Of a stretch of 64,000 nt of DNA, positions 51,770 to 64,000 are shown piece by piece; within the stretch, counting starts at the first letter, position 1, and each line of letters starts with the position of its first letter. The notes under the pieces are model-generated. The model saw only the letters and a program-made list of their open reading frames with translations. It did not search any database and was not told where the DNA came from. The position numbers and the translations under genes were made by a program. Location: positions 52,204,001-52,268,000 of the forward strand of contig JBITNC010000001.1 in assembly GCA_050084985.1 (NCBI GenBank). The letters run 5' to 3'. Origin of the DNA: Nageia nagi. Lineage: Eukaryota; Plantae; Pinophyta.

Positions 51770-54700
51770 TTTAGTATCAAAGATTAATCATTCATAGGCT
51801 TAGAGTTATCCAATGTGGTCCTTTTAATAATTTTTGAAGTTATTTTTTAAGGTTCATTAATTTTTTTGTATAATAGCCAATAACACTAACTATCTTCTAA
51901 TACCTAATTTCAATGGAAAGGACTACAACTACTATAGTATCAAAATTAATAGTTTTTTTTAATAGTAAAAGGCCTATGGGATATTGTAGAATATGTTATA
52001 CTTAACCAACAAATTGGAATAAACTTACAACAACATATAGATAAGGAAATAAAGAAGTATAGAAGAAGAATTTATTATCCCTTTATAATATTCAATCAAC
52101 CTTAGATGAGAGTCTATTCCCAAGAATATCTAGCTCTAACATATTTGAAGATACATGAAAGACATTTAAAGAGGATTACCAAGGGAGTGGATTAGTTAAA
52201 GAGGTTAAGAGTCAAAATTAAAGGAGATAATTTGAGAATATCGAAATGTAAGATGCTAATAATGTTGGTGAATATTATGTGAGTGTGAAGGTTATCATTA
52301 ATTAAATGATAACTCTGAAACAAAAATGGAAAGGAAAGTTATTTTAAATAAGTTTTTTAGAACTATCACCCCAAAGGGAAATCATGTGGCTATTATCATT
52401 GAGGAGAGTAAAGACTTATCTACTCTTAGTGACTTTGATTATTTAATAAGATATCTTATATCTCATGAAGAGAGATTGAGAGAAACTATTAGTTATGTTG
52501 ATGAAAAGGCATTTTATTTAGAGGATATGGAGGAAGTTATAATGGACAAGGCAAAGGATTAAACCACGTCCAAGGAAGAGGTAAAAAGTAGAATTCTTCA
52601 AAAGGAAGAGGTGTTGTAGAAGGTAGAGAAATAGTAAGAGTTGATGAAATAAATATAAAATGGTATTATCATAAGAGATATGGATATTTTGAGAGAGAAT
52701 GCACTTTGATTGTTAATATTAAAGGCAAGAGAGATAAGTATGTTAATGTAAATAAGGCTACTACAACCTATTTTTATCATACAACAAAGTTGAGGAAAAC
52801 CTTCAAGATAATTAATTTTTTTTTATATTATGTTTTCTAATCATATGATAGGTAATGGGATTTTCTTACTTATATGGATGCTTACTTCAATTATAATATG
52901 GACATAAAAAGTAAGTGTAGTGCAATTATGATAAAATAACTACATTGTAGTCTTTGATAATAATAATAAATTCATTATTTATGATGAGAACCATTAATAG
53001 AGTTTTCTTGTTATAACTATGATCAACAATAAGTTATTTTCCTTTAAAGTTTGGAGGTCAAATGTATACCCTTCCTAATGTTGTTATTGAGATCAAGATT
53101 TGTGTATGGAATCTTAAATATGGTTACTTGAATTTTTCTAGTTTATTGCTATTAACTTACGAAGATATGGTTTATGGTTTGCCAAATGTAAAGGAGCATA
53201 AAGGTATTTGTGAGGGGCATGTAATGTGTAAGAATGTAAGATAGAATTTTCCTAGATGAAAAGTATAGAGGACATCATTATACCCGTAATAATTGGTCTA
53301 TTATGATATTTTTAGACCTATGCAAACTAAATGCTTGGGTAAGAACTCTTATTCTCTTACATTTATTGATGATTTTTCTATAATGTATTAGGTTTTTTAC
53401 TTCAAGAATAAAGATTAAGAATTTGATGCCTTCAAAGAATTTAAAGTTCTTATTAATAATTAGAGTATTTTCAATATTAAATATTTGAGGATTAACAATA
53501 GTAGTAAGTATTTATATCTAATGACTTTATGCAATTTTATAAACATCATGGCATTAAAAGGTAACTCACAACTGCATATATCCCTAATTAGTGAGAAAAA
53601 ATATGATTGTTGTTAAGATTGTAGGAGTACATTATAGAACAAGGGGCTAAGAAATACTTATTGAGTTGATGCAGTTTATACAATAGTCTATATATTGAAT
53701 AAGATTCCTACAAGCATTTAAAGAAGATGACTCCTTATGAGTATTTGTATGAGAATAAACTTGATGTTGATCACTTTAAAAAATTTGGCTAATTAGACTA
53801 TTCTCATGTGTTTGATGAACTTAGGAAGAAGCTTAATCCTAAGAGTGAAGCATGTATTTTTCTTAGTTATTATGAGACTAGTAAGGACTATAGGATTTAT
53901 AACCAAAAAATTCATAAAGTTTTAGTTTCTAGAGATGTGATTTTGTTATGAAGGGGAGTATATGGTGATAAAAAACTATATGTTTATGAAGTTAGAAATT
54001 ATGAGCATTCTTATAGCATGTAGTCCTCTTAGAAATAAGTTTCACCAAGCCTAGCAACTAGTCCCTCAAATAGTTTAATGCAAAATTCTTCAAGTGAATC
54101 TTCTAATATCATTTTTGATATTATGAAAAAAAAGTGGTAAAACTATCTTCAAATTAATCCTTCAACATAGGTTTTGGACAACAACTTTTAGAGGAGACTC
54201 ATTAGAGATCAATCTTAAGATATTGACTAAGTTATGAAAAGGTTATATAATATTCACATTTATGATTATGATGATGAGAAAGATTGGCCAAAATATGATA
54301 TATTTAATTATGTATTGATGATTTTTATATATTTTGAACCTTTATATTGTGAAGAATATCATAGAAATAGTGTTTGGATACAAGCCATATGATAAGATCA
54401 ATTCCATTGAAATGAATGATACTTGGGAGCTAGTAAGATTGCCTAAGGGAAAGAAATATGTGGGCTCCAAATGGATATATATGACTAAATACAATAGTGA
54501 TGGTATCATTGAAAATTATAAGGCTAGGATTATTACTAAGGGCTTCACACAAAATTCTGATATTGATTATGTGGAAACTTTTATACTTATTACTAGATAA
54601 GAAATAGTAAGGATGTTGCGTAAAATAACTACTAAAAAAGGTGGGGAGTTTACATCACTTAGATGTAAAAAGTGCCTTCTTGAATGGATAATTAGATGAA

Positions 54701-55900
54701 GAGGTTTTTATGCAACAAACTCAAGGTTTTGAGTTCAAAGGTAAATAAGACCATGTTTGTAGGTTGAAGAAGGATTTATATGACCTTAAATAAGTATCAA
54801 GGGATTGGAATACTTATATTAATGGATACTTTAAATAAAATAAATTCAAGAGAAACAAAAGTGAACCTACCTTATACTTCAAGAGAGAAGATGAGGATAT
54901 TATATTTTTTTTTGTATATATTAATGACTTGATTTTCATGAGTAGTAGTTCCAAGATGAAATATAATTTTAAGGTTTCTATTGTAAGTGAGTTTTAGATG
55001 AAGGATTTGGGATTGATTCAAGTTATTTTATTGGGATGGATATGCATCAAACTAAGGATGTAATATTTTTTTTTTAATCTAAATATGAAAATGATATATT
55101 GAAGAAGTATGGCATGGATAGTTGCAAACTAGTCCCTACCCACATTGAACATGGTGATCAATTGTTATATAAATATGATGGGGTTGATAAAGTTAATGTA
55201 ACTAATTATAATAGCATTCTTGGATCTTAATATTTCTCACAAATACTAAATAAAATATTACACATTTTATATAACTTATTTATAGATATATGAGAGTAAT
55301 ATCTCTTGCATTTGAAGGATGTCAAGCATATTTTAAAGCATGTTAAAGGAACAATTAACTTTGGCATTCATTACTTTCCTAATGAAGATATGGATCCAGT
55401 TATCTTTAGTGATGCAATTTTGGGTAGCAAATTAGAAAATTGAAAGTCTACATTTGAAAATAAGTTTTCTCTTGGATATGGTTTGATCACTTAAAGCTCA
55501 AAGAAGCAAGGGTTAATGGCACTCTCTTCAACTAAGGCTAAGTATTTTTCTCTTACTTTAGATAGTGAATAAGTATTATGGATAAAAATACTCTCTAGAG
55601 AGATAAAAGAAAAATAAAATGGTCATATTAATATTTTTTATGATAATTTGAGTAATATATAATTGGCAAAAAATACCATCTATCATAGTAGGTCTAAGAA
55701 TTTTGATATGAAGTATTACTTCATCCATGATATGGTGGGAAAGAAGGAAGTTGAGTTTGGGTATTATAACATACTACATGAATAATTAGTTTATATCTTT
55801 ATTAATATTATCTATGAGAAACAATTCCTTAATTTGAGAAACTATCTCTTAATTTCTCATATCATTAAGGAGGAGAATGTTGTAATATGATGTTAATAAA
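51770..55900 (+). mobile_element. Ancient, heavily deaminated Ty1/copia internal region (gag to RNase H) with PPT
   Basis: PBS-like tagtatcaaag at about 51772; IEESKDLSTL (gag); WNLKYGYLNF...CEGHV; NDTWELVRLPKGKK...YKARIITKGFTQ (RT); PPT ttaaggaggagaa followed by TGTTG at about 55866-55883. Confidence 0.9.
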
Positions 55901-57339
55901 AGATTATTACCACCTACTTTTAGGATTCAGCAAATAAAGTTTTTTCTTAGCCTTTTTTTGGTGTAACTTACTTGAAATAGTATTACTTTACCATTTTTCA
56001 ATCTTTTAAACTCAAAAATGATGAAACCTATAATGTTTTATAATCCTCAACTAAAATGCATAAATATGTTAGACCATACAAAGGAAGCTTTCTCAATATT
56101 TATTTGAATAATGAGCTCCAATTAATAAAACACATGCAAATATGATGTTAATAAACACCTTTTAATTGTTTGATTGTCCAACCAAAGAGTATTCCATTAG
56201 ATTTGGATATATGTTAAGTTCTACAACCCAAATGGTTTACCATTCTATTTTTGGTGAATGAAAAGTTGTTCAATATGATAAGTGATGAACCCTTATTCAT
56301 TTATGTTCTTATGATAATTGTTAAAATCTAATTTTACACCCTTTTGGGCCAAACTAGTTGTCATATGACCCTCACTATGTTATGATCAATACACTATGTT
56401 ATGATCAATATGATAATTTATTTTATTTTATTAATTAATAATGATACACCTGAGCTTTATCTCATGTATAATTATATTATTTTATGCAAGGGACTACTAG
56501 AGTCAATGCTAGCATGCAAAGGTGCATTTAGGTAATCTATTTATCCTATGAATAGAAAATTATATGCATGGGAAGACTATCAAGATTTCATCTCAATAGG
56601 ATTGTGCACATCTCTCACAAACTTATCAATGTCTATAGATTAGAATTTATTACACTTAAGAGTTATTGTCCATTCCTTTATGATAACATCGAGGCTTGGT
56701 TTATTAGTCACTATATCCATAATTCATTCGATCAAGCTCTACAAGAATTCTAATGTCAATGCTAGGTTACATCACTCTCAATTCCAATGCTATGAATATA
56801 GATAATTCAAAATTTCATATCCATATTCCTAATTATCCTTGCATATCAAATTAAGTCTAAGGAGTTACTCAATGGTTACCCAGGTAAGTGCATAAGTATT
56901 TATCATTGATATCTTATAGGCTTTTCAAGTTATTCAATTTAGTTATTAATATCATATCTCATTAGCTATGCAACACAAGCTATTACATTCCTTTGCTCAT
57001 AATTAAAGTATATATATTTTTTCCATCACCTTACCATAATTAGGATTGCATTTTATCATCTACATATTAGTGAACCCAACTCTTTTATGTTTTGTAAATA
57101 ATCTTAAATTAGGGTTTATGAAAATTATATCATAGAGAATCACTTTGGTGAGCCTTACTAGTCCATAACTACTCAACAATGCAACCCATAAGAAAGAAAC
57201 CAAACTCAATATGTTTTTGTCATAACAACAAGAATTCATAACATACCTTATGGTAGTGATCTCATGACCATCCCATGTCTTCACATAACACAAATGTGAC
57301 TTCAAGGAGTGGAATTCCCTTTAAAACCTTCTAATGGCT

Positions 57340-58707
57340 CTACAACAATGATGCGAACTCCATATATCCCATACCAAATGAATAGTTGGTTTATATTTTT
57401 TAAATAAGGGTCAAGATTGAGTTCATACCTTTTTGACCAAGTCCATAGTTTTCTCAAGTATCAAGAAAACCTTTGTGACTATTTAAAATATCAAAAGGGT
57501 ACAGCTAATTTCCACAAGGGTGGATTTCCTTTCTATCCCTTAGTATTGACACTCCTAGATCCCAAGGAATCAAGAGTTTATAGCTTAACTTACACCCAAA
57601 ATTAATATTATGCTTATCATGAGTAATATTTCCTCTAAACCAATCATTTTTTAATTCAAGAAAGTTGAATTTGTTAAGAACACTTCTACTCATAAAATTG
57701 GCTTGGAAATTTAGTTGGAATTCATCAAAATTATCATTTCTAATAATTAGATTGAAAAATTCAGCTATAACATGTTCTTCCACAACAATCTTATCATATT
57801 TGTTGAGTAACTCCTTAGCATATGTAGGTGCATGAATTTTAAAGGAAATATTTTGAGTTTTCAGACATACCTCATGTCGTAATGCAATCTTTTTCTCCTT
57901 AATTTCTAATTTATTTTCAAAATAATCAACTCCATATTATTTACTTTGCATGCCTCCTCATGAAAAAAGTCAACAATTATTGAAATTATTCTCCTTTAGA
58001 CTTCTCTTCTTCTTTAGTATCCTCATTACCTAAGAAAGGTTTCAAATTCCTCTCATATTGCTTAATGATACTACATTAACTAGCTCATGTGTAGTGTTAT
58101 AAAAAACCAATTCTGGCCTCCATATGTACAACAACATGGATAAGAATTGTTGGTCAATATAATCACTTTCTTTTATAATCTGATTCATGATATCTCTCAT
58201 GGCTTTAATAACATTACTAGCATGTTCCTCTCTAGCTAAAGCAATGAAGTGATGGAACATTTTATAAACCAACTCATTCATGTACAAAGATAAAAAGATG
58301 CAACCCATTATAGTTTTAGCAAATATTTCAAGTATGGAAACTCTTATAGGGAAATAAGAACATGTGAAACCCCCCAATCTTTCAAAGCTACTAAATAATA
58401 ACTGAAATATTATTCTCAATGTATCATCATCATAGGGAGCATTAGATGCAAAACTTCTTAAAATCTTGCTCAAACAAGAAGTAACCATTATTCTTACCTC
58501 CATATTTATATGTTCCAACCATATAGGCTGGCCTAAATCCTTCACTAACAGATTTATAGCTACTTATGTTTGATCCATCATATGCAAACAATATTCTATC
58601 TCACCTACAGTGTAAAGGAGAGAATATCTTGGTTGAAATATAAGTCTAACTTTACCTCTCATATTATTAAGCTTCTCAATAAACTCTTTTCCTCCCAACA
58701 GTGCCAT
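57340..58707 (-). pseudogene. PDS5: Intronless PDS5 (sister-chromatid cohesion protein) N-terminal-derived ORF with an unknown C-terminal extension, carried inside an LTR element
   Basis: ATG 58707 MALLGGKEFIEKL...LLYTVGEIEYCLHMMDQT* is in frame with 58545-58042 EVRIMVTSCLSKILRSFASNAPYDDDTLRIIFQL...RVSILEIFAK...MFHHF...MRDIMNQIIKESD, then after a frameshift YERNLKPFL. This matches the recalled plant PDS5 pattern VASCISEITRITAPDAPYDD...RVSILETVAK...LKPYL. Confidence 0.85.
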
Positions 58708-58773
58708 TATCTTCAAAACCCTATCTCCAAGTGCATAGATGAGTTATTCACCCATAGGCTAGCAGGATGTTTT

Positions 58774-59572
58774 CTTTGATACCATTGTAATGTAGTTTTC
58801 TAAACATGCATAATTAACTTAATCCAATTCCACATTCATTCACAAATTAGGGCACAATAGTAAATTCTCATTCACCATCCAATAATGCTCTCAATACTGA
58901 AATATTATAATTGTAAGCAGATATGATATATAGCAATGTAGAATCTCATAGAATATGTGAAAACAACCAAACTAGGGCATAATTACATATCTATAACATA
59001 GCAGTAATATGCCTTTAAAATACTCTAATCTGCATACATTTCCATGCACAAAGAATGATAATAGTACAATGGTAATAAAGTAACACTCATTCACATTAGA
59101 AGAGCAATATGAGAGCCAAATATCAATAATAATGATCACAAATAAGTATAGGGTTGTAACAAGTCTATAACAAGTTTTAGGGAAAAGCCCAAGACTCCAA
59201 AATGCATAACAAATACTCTTAATGGTTGGTGCAAGCTTTCAAGCAACAAGAATGGTTGATGCAAGTCTCTAGATGGCTCCCAAGGTCTAGCACTAGGGTT
59301 AGAAGGTCCTCTAAATATGGAGAAAGCTCTCCAAGTGAATGAAAATGCAAATAGGCCACTTATAAGCTAGGGAGTAGCCCTAGTCCTTAGAAGGAAGAGA
59401 GGTGAGCAACCCCAACTCTAATATGATCTAAGATCAAATTCAAGAATTATGATACTTAAGTGGTGAATCTCTTCTCCTTTTATAGGTGCCTTTACCTTGA
59501 AATTACCAATAATTAAACTCTTGGAAAAAATTTATACCTTCTAGAAGGTTTCTCAAAATTGAGGACATTATA
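58774..59572 (-). mobile_element. 5' LTR (59572-58786) and tRNA-Met-type PBS (58784-58774) of the PDS5-carrying element
   Basis: Minus-strand termini TATAATGTCCTC...ACTACATTACA (decayed TGTAATGT...ACATTACA inverted ends), then A, then TGGTATCAAAG. Confidence 0.75.
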
Positions 59573-59579
59573 GAATTTA

Positions 59580-60340
59580 TGACAACTAAGATTTTATCTA
59601 TAAATTATTTGAACTATACATTTATATATGTTGGATTAGGAAATTTTTATTTATTTGAACATATTAACCCAATATCAATAACATTTGAAAAGGAACATAA
59701 AATATGGGAATTCTACTTTGATGGGGTTATATATATAAAAAGAGTTGTACCAAGTATTATTTTCAAGTCTCTTATGGGGCATATCAGAATATTTTCATAC
59801 TAGTTAACTTGGGCTTGTACTAACAATCGAACAAAATATGAAGCATTGTATTTGGGTCTTAATCAGCTAACAAGGTTTGGTATAAGATGCCTAAAAGTAT
59901 ATGGAGACTCATAAATAATCAATAATCAAGTCATAAACAAATGCAATGCTAAACACCATTATTCAAAAACCTACCAAAATAGAGTGTGGGACTTAATAGA
60001 ATCTTTCTTGGCTCTAAATTTTAAAGCCATTTCAAAAAGCACTATGAACTAGTTAATGTGCTTGCTTCTAAGGATGGTCATTTTAACTTAACTTGTGGCT
60101 CGGAAGGTTAAGGTGATGTATAGATCTTTAGTCCTTAATCAAGCTAGTTACTAGTGAGTTTTTCATTATGCTAAATAAATTATTGAATTTTTGGATAATG
60201 AAGTTATTTGTCATGTCTCTAGACCAAAGGAATTGCCTAACTACTTTCAGGAAGAAGATGTGTTAAAATTTAGGAATAAGGTTATTCCTAAATGATTGAT
60301 TTTATTTAAAAACATGTTTGACTTAGAGAATTATTAATAA
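59580..60340 (+). mobile_element. Decayed Tat-type additional RNase H fragment
   Basis: KIWEFYFDG...CTNNRTKYEALYLGL...LKVYGDS*IINNQV...YQNRVWDLIESF, followed later by NKVIPK*LILFKNMFD. Confidence 0.75.
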
Positions 60341-62767
60341 GAAAAAGTTCTATTACTATGAAATAATATTATTATAAAGAATAATAATGCAAAATGAACT
60401 TTAAAGGTGGCTAATTTGAGGAGGTTTTGAGGTGATGATTTTAAACCACCTCAATTTGGGATTTTAGTCGTAGTTTTTATGGGGTGATTTTAAATCATCC
60501 CCATAAAATTACAAATAGATTATGTTGATTTATGAATAGTAAATTAGCATAATTGATGATCTCCATAACCAAAATTAGATGGAAAAATTCTAACCTTCAA
60601 ATTAACAAGTTAGTTCTTGCTCCATTCAATAGGATGAGCTAGGGTTTTAAAGTAAAAACATGAAAAAAATAAAGGAAAATAAAAATGGTAAAAAAATTAG
60701 GGTGTAGGAAGGAAATGAGAAAGGTGGAGCATGGGTCCAACCTGGGCATCCAATAGATCATACCAAAATCATAGGGAAGGATACCTAGTTAACAACCACA
60801 TATCACAAAAGCACCTCCATTTGCAATGAGGGAATCGAGCTTAAAGGCCTCAAATGCTCATCCATAATCATTTATATAATAAGAAACATGAACCACATAC
60901 AACCATTTAAGCTAACCAAAATACAAATGATGAAGCAAAAGGGAAAATAAATTAAATTCCATTCTCTACAAATAAACATTTACAAACACTCAAAGGAAAA
61001 AATACCTACATGATCCAATCTATAGATATTGAAAAATGTACTTTTTTGAATAGTTGTATTTATTGTATTAAAATGCTTTGATACATTATTTGATTTATTC
61101 ATAATGTTTAATATGCAAATTCAAACTATTCAAAAAGGACCAAAATTAGAGCAAAAAGTAACTTTTATTTTAAAAGGTTCAAAAGTGGGTATCTAGCATT
61201 TCTCACTTAAGTTATCAAGGGAGGTATATAACTCAATGCAAAAATAGAATTTTCCCTCCTAATTCATTTATGCTCCTAATTTTGAAATTGTTCTCATATA
61301 ATTTTGTGCTTATAATTTGCTCTCAAGTCTCAAGCTAGGGTTTGAAGCTAAGTTTGAAGATTTCAAGGGTTTACTCTCCAAATCATCCATCAAACTTCAT
61401 CAAGCTACCTATAATGGAGGATAGGTAACATGCCTATGGTGATTTCATGGTTGAATTGAATTATTATTGTATGTATTGTATGTTCTCAAGATTTTTGTAG
61501 CTCTTGAAGATCTTTTCACCATTGGAGAAGCTTGGATCTACCTATCAATTATATCCACCAATAATTTTGTGCATTTAGTATTATGTTTAGACTAATTTCA
61601 TGATAGTTTGCATTTCCACCATTATATTTGTCATTTGAATCCATACTATCATTAATATTTATTGTTAATACTCATTGGATCTTGTGGGTATCCTTGAATC
61701 TATTTGATTCAAGGATCTTTAAAGATCTTAGTCTTTGAATCATTTGAAGGCTTTGGAAGGTTTGAATTGCTAGATCTTGCATCTTGTTGTCAATACATGT
61801 AAAGATTGATTTTATTATTTAAATAAACCATTAAATTTGCATTAGTAACATATATATGCAATCATTTGCACCATAGACATACAAATTTTGTTTGTTCTCA
61901 CTGATTTGAGGGCTTAGAGGCTCACATGCTTCTTTAGAGTGAGGAAACTCACTCCAAGCTCACCTAGGTGACTTAAAGGGCCTAGGCTAGGAGGCATTGC
62001 TTCCCATTTAGATGCATTTAGGTTTTTATTTTCATTCTTGCAAAGTTTTAGTTTAATATTTTGAAATTTGAATCTATCTTTATCTAGGTTTTTAGTGAGT
62101 GCACACTTAGTAAAGCATTGTTATGTATGTAGAGATTTGTGTGTGCATTTGACTAGTTTATGCTTGTTGAGATACATGTAGCATAAATTTTACCACACAT
62201 TAAATGGTAAACCCAACATGAACTTACTATAACCTAAAAATTTGGTTTTCTCTTCTCCTTTATCCTTTAATTTGAAAGTTTTACTCATTTTTGGGGTTTT
62301 CTTGATTTTCACCCACCTAAGTGGGAAAAATAAGTAAAGCTTATCTATTTAGATCCAATTTTGAGAAAAAGTTTTATAGGGAGTTCTAAGAGTTGGGGGA
62401 AACCAAATATAATATTTTGGAGCTTGAATTTGCATTTTTTCCCAAAGGTAACCCCTAATGCGCCTACAAATAGCAGTAAGAAGGTTGTAGACCTATTCTA
62501 GGGCCTAAAACACACTTCAATCTAGGTGCCATATTCCCAAACCCTAGGCACATCCCCCATTATGAATAGCCCCCAAGAATAGTCTCCACTAAATCTAGAC
62601 CCTAAGCACACTGTGCTTAGATTGTAGGCGCAATCCCCATTGTGCCTAGCCCCTCGACATACTACACCCAAACCCTAGGCATAGCCCTGACCCATAAACT
62701 ATAAGATTACAATTTTCAATTTAATATTTACTCATGAATCAATTCACACTTAAAATAATTAAGTGCT

Positions 62768-64000
62768 TGTAAAGGGAATTCAAGAAATAAATTGTAAACA
62801 CAAAGAAGAGCAAAAGCATTCACCAAAGAAGAGATAAGCAAGATTTATCCTAGTTCACCCAGTGTGGGCTACATCCAGCTCAAAAGCTCTCTACTATTAA
62901 TGGGGAGAATCACTTTACAAAGCCTCCAAAGACCTTCAAAACCTCCTCTCAAATTCACAACACACTCTCAGCTCTAAAAATCACAACAAAACTAAAAACA
63001 CTTCCTGAAATCCTCTTCCTTCCCCCTTCTATCCAATTTGCTCCCCTTTTATATAATTTTTGGAGCTAAAATTGGAGAGAATTACAACTTAATAAAATCA
63101 ACAAAAAACCTATTTTTAGATACCCATTAACCTCCTTGATCTTCTTATCAAATTTGGGCTCAATTGGTTACAAAAATCTCCTAAAAATGAGCTCTGAAAC
63201 TAAAAAACATGCTCTCTAGACTATTACAAGCTTAAAAATTAACTCAACCTAAAAATAGGACCTTAGGTGAATCAAAAATCATGAAAAACCTTTGAAAAAT
63301 GCCAAAATACATTAAAATACTCCAAAACTAGGTGGGTGCACTGTGGTGCTAACATGTGGCACGTTTTGGGCAGCGGTCAAACTTGGTTGACTGATGGCTA
63401 GCTGACTGGGAAGGTGGTCTATGTGGTAGTCTCGCATGGCGGATAGGTTGCGCATGATTGCTATCACACGGGCAGATGGTGGTAGCAATCAAAGCATGAT
63501 CAAACTCTCAATGCAGGCATCTATGTGGTCCGATGTGGTCTAGCGGGTCCTGCCAAAATATTTAAATTTTATATATATATATATATATTCAAAAATACAT
63601 AAAATGGACTTAAGGCCATATCTTCCTCATATGGACTCAGATTCTCAATCCAAAAGAAGCATCAGAAAGCTGAAGACAAGATGATCACACTGAACATACT
63701 GAAATGGAGATTACTAAATGTTGAAGGGATCCAAATTTTTGGATCATTCCTCCCCATTGAGAGAGAGCTTTTATCCCCAAAAGCATTTAGGATGATGGAA
63801 TGAGGTGAGGGTAGAGCTCCCTCACCCGATCAACTGCATACCACTTGGCCTTGTATGGATGTTGGCCCTTCACTCCAATATGCCACAACTCATGTATGCC
63901 ACTACGAGATGATCGTTGCTTCTTTTCCAATATTACATCCTCAACTAACACATTCATGTGCTCAGGGGCTAAATCCTCGACTGATGGTAACATGACATCT
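62768..64000 (-). mobile_element. 3' end of a relatively young Ty3/gypsy (CRM/chromovirus-like) element: post-integrase domain, PPT, 3' LTR
   Basis: ORF 63787-63993 reads DVILEKKQRSSRSGIHELWHIGVKGQHPYKAKWY...YPHL. PPT aatggggaggaa at 63758-63747; LTR starts TGATCC at 63746. The far end, about 62768, is uncertain. Confidence 0.75.

Noticed and set aside
56373-56410. 19-bp direct duplication cactatgttatgatcaata
   Set aside because: Ordinary slippage-type duplication in TE debris.
56300-57300. 3' LTR or second TSD of the PDS5-carrying element
   Set aside because: No match to 58786-59572 found by eye; the element appears 3'-truncated.
57340-58707. Functional host PDS5 gene
   Set aside because: No introns, only the N-terminal part, stops and frameshifts, CpG-depleted, and directly behind an LTR/PBS.
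60400-60510. Short palindromes (ggggtgattttaaatcatcccc) as a MITE
   Set aside because: No definable termini or TSD.

Overview
Plant nuclear DNA, very AT-rich and CpG-depleted. The retroelement repertoire looks gymnosperm-like (Tat Ty3/gypsy with an extra RNase H, conifer-style chromovirus gag sequences), but host identity is inference only. Most of the window is nested, stop-riddled LTR-retrotransposon fossils. The only host-gene island (about 35.5-49.5 kb) holds three intronless BAHD acyltransferases of the DCR/EPS1/At3g50280-like clade. Two are near-identical minus-strand copies whose only lesions are single-base indels in short homopolymers, possibly assembly errors. The third is a divergent plus-strand pseudogene that lost its HXXXD motif and is split by a young, eudicot-looking Ty1/copia element, which itself carries a solo LTR. 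The most unusual object is at about 57.3-59.6 kb: a minus-strand LTR plus tRNA-Met PBS followed directly, where gag would normally be, by an intronless ORF derived from the cohesin regulator PDS5, with an unknown C-terminus ending in a G-patch-like motif. All calls were made by eye; no searches were run.
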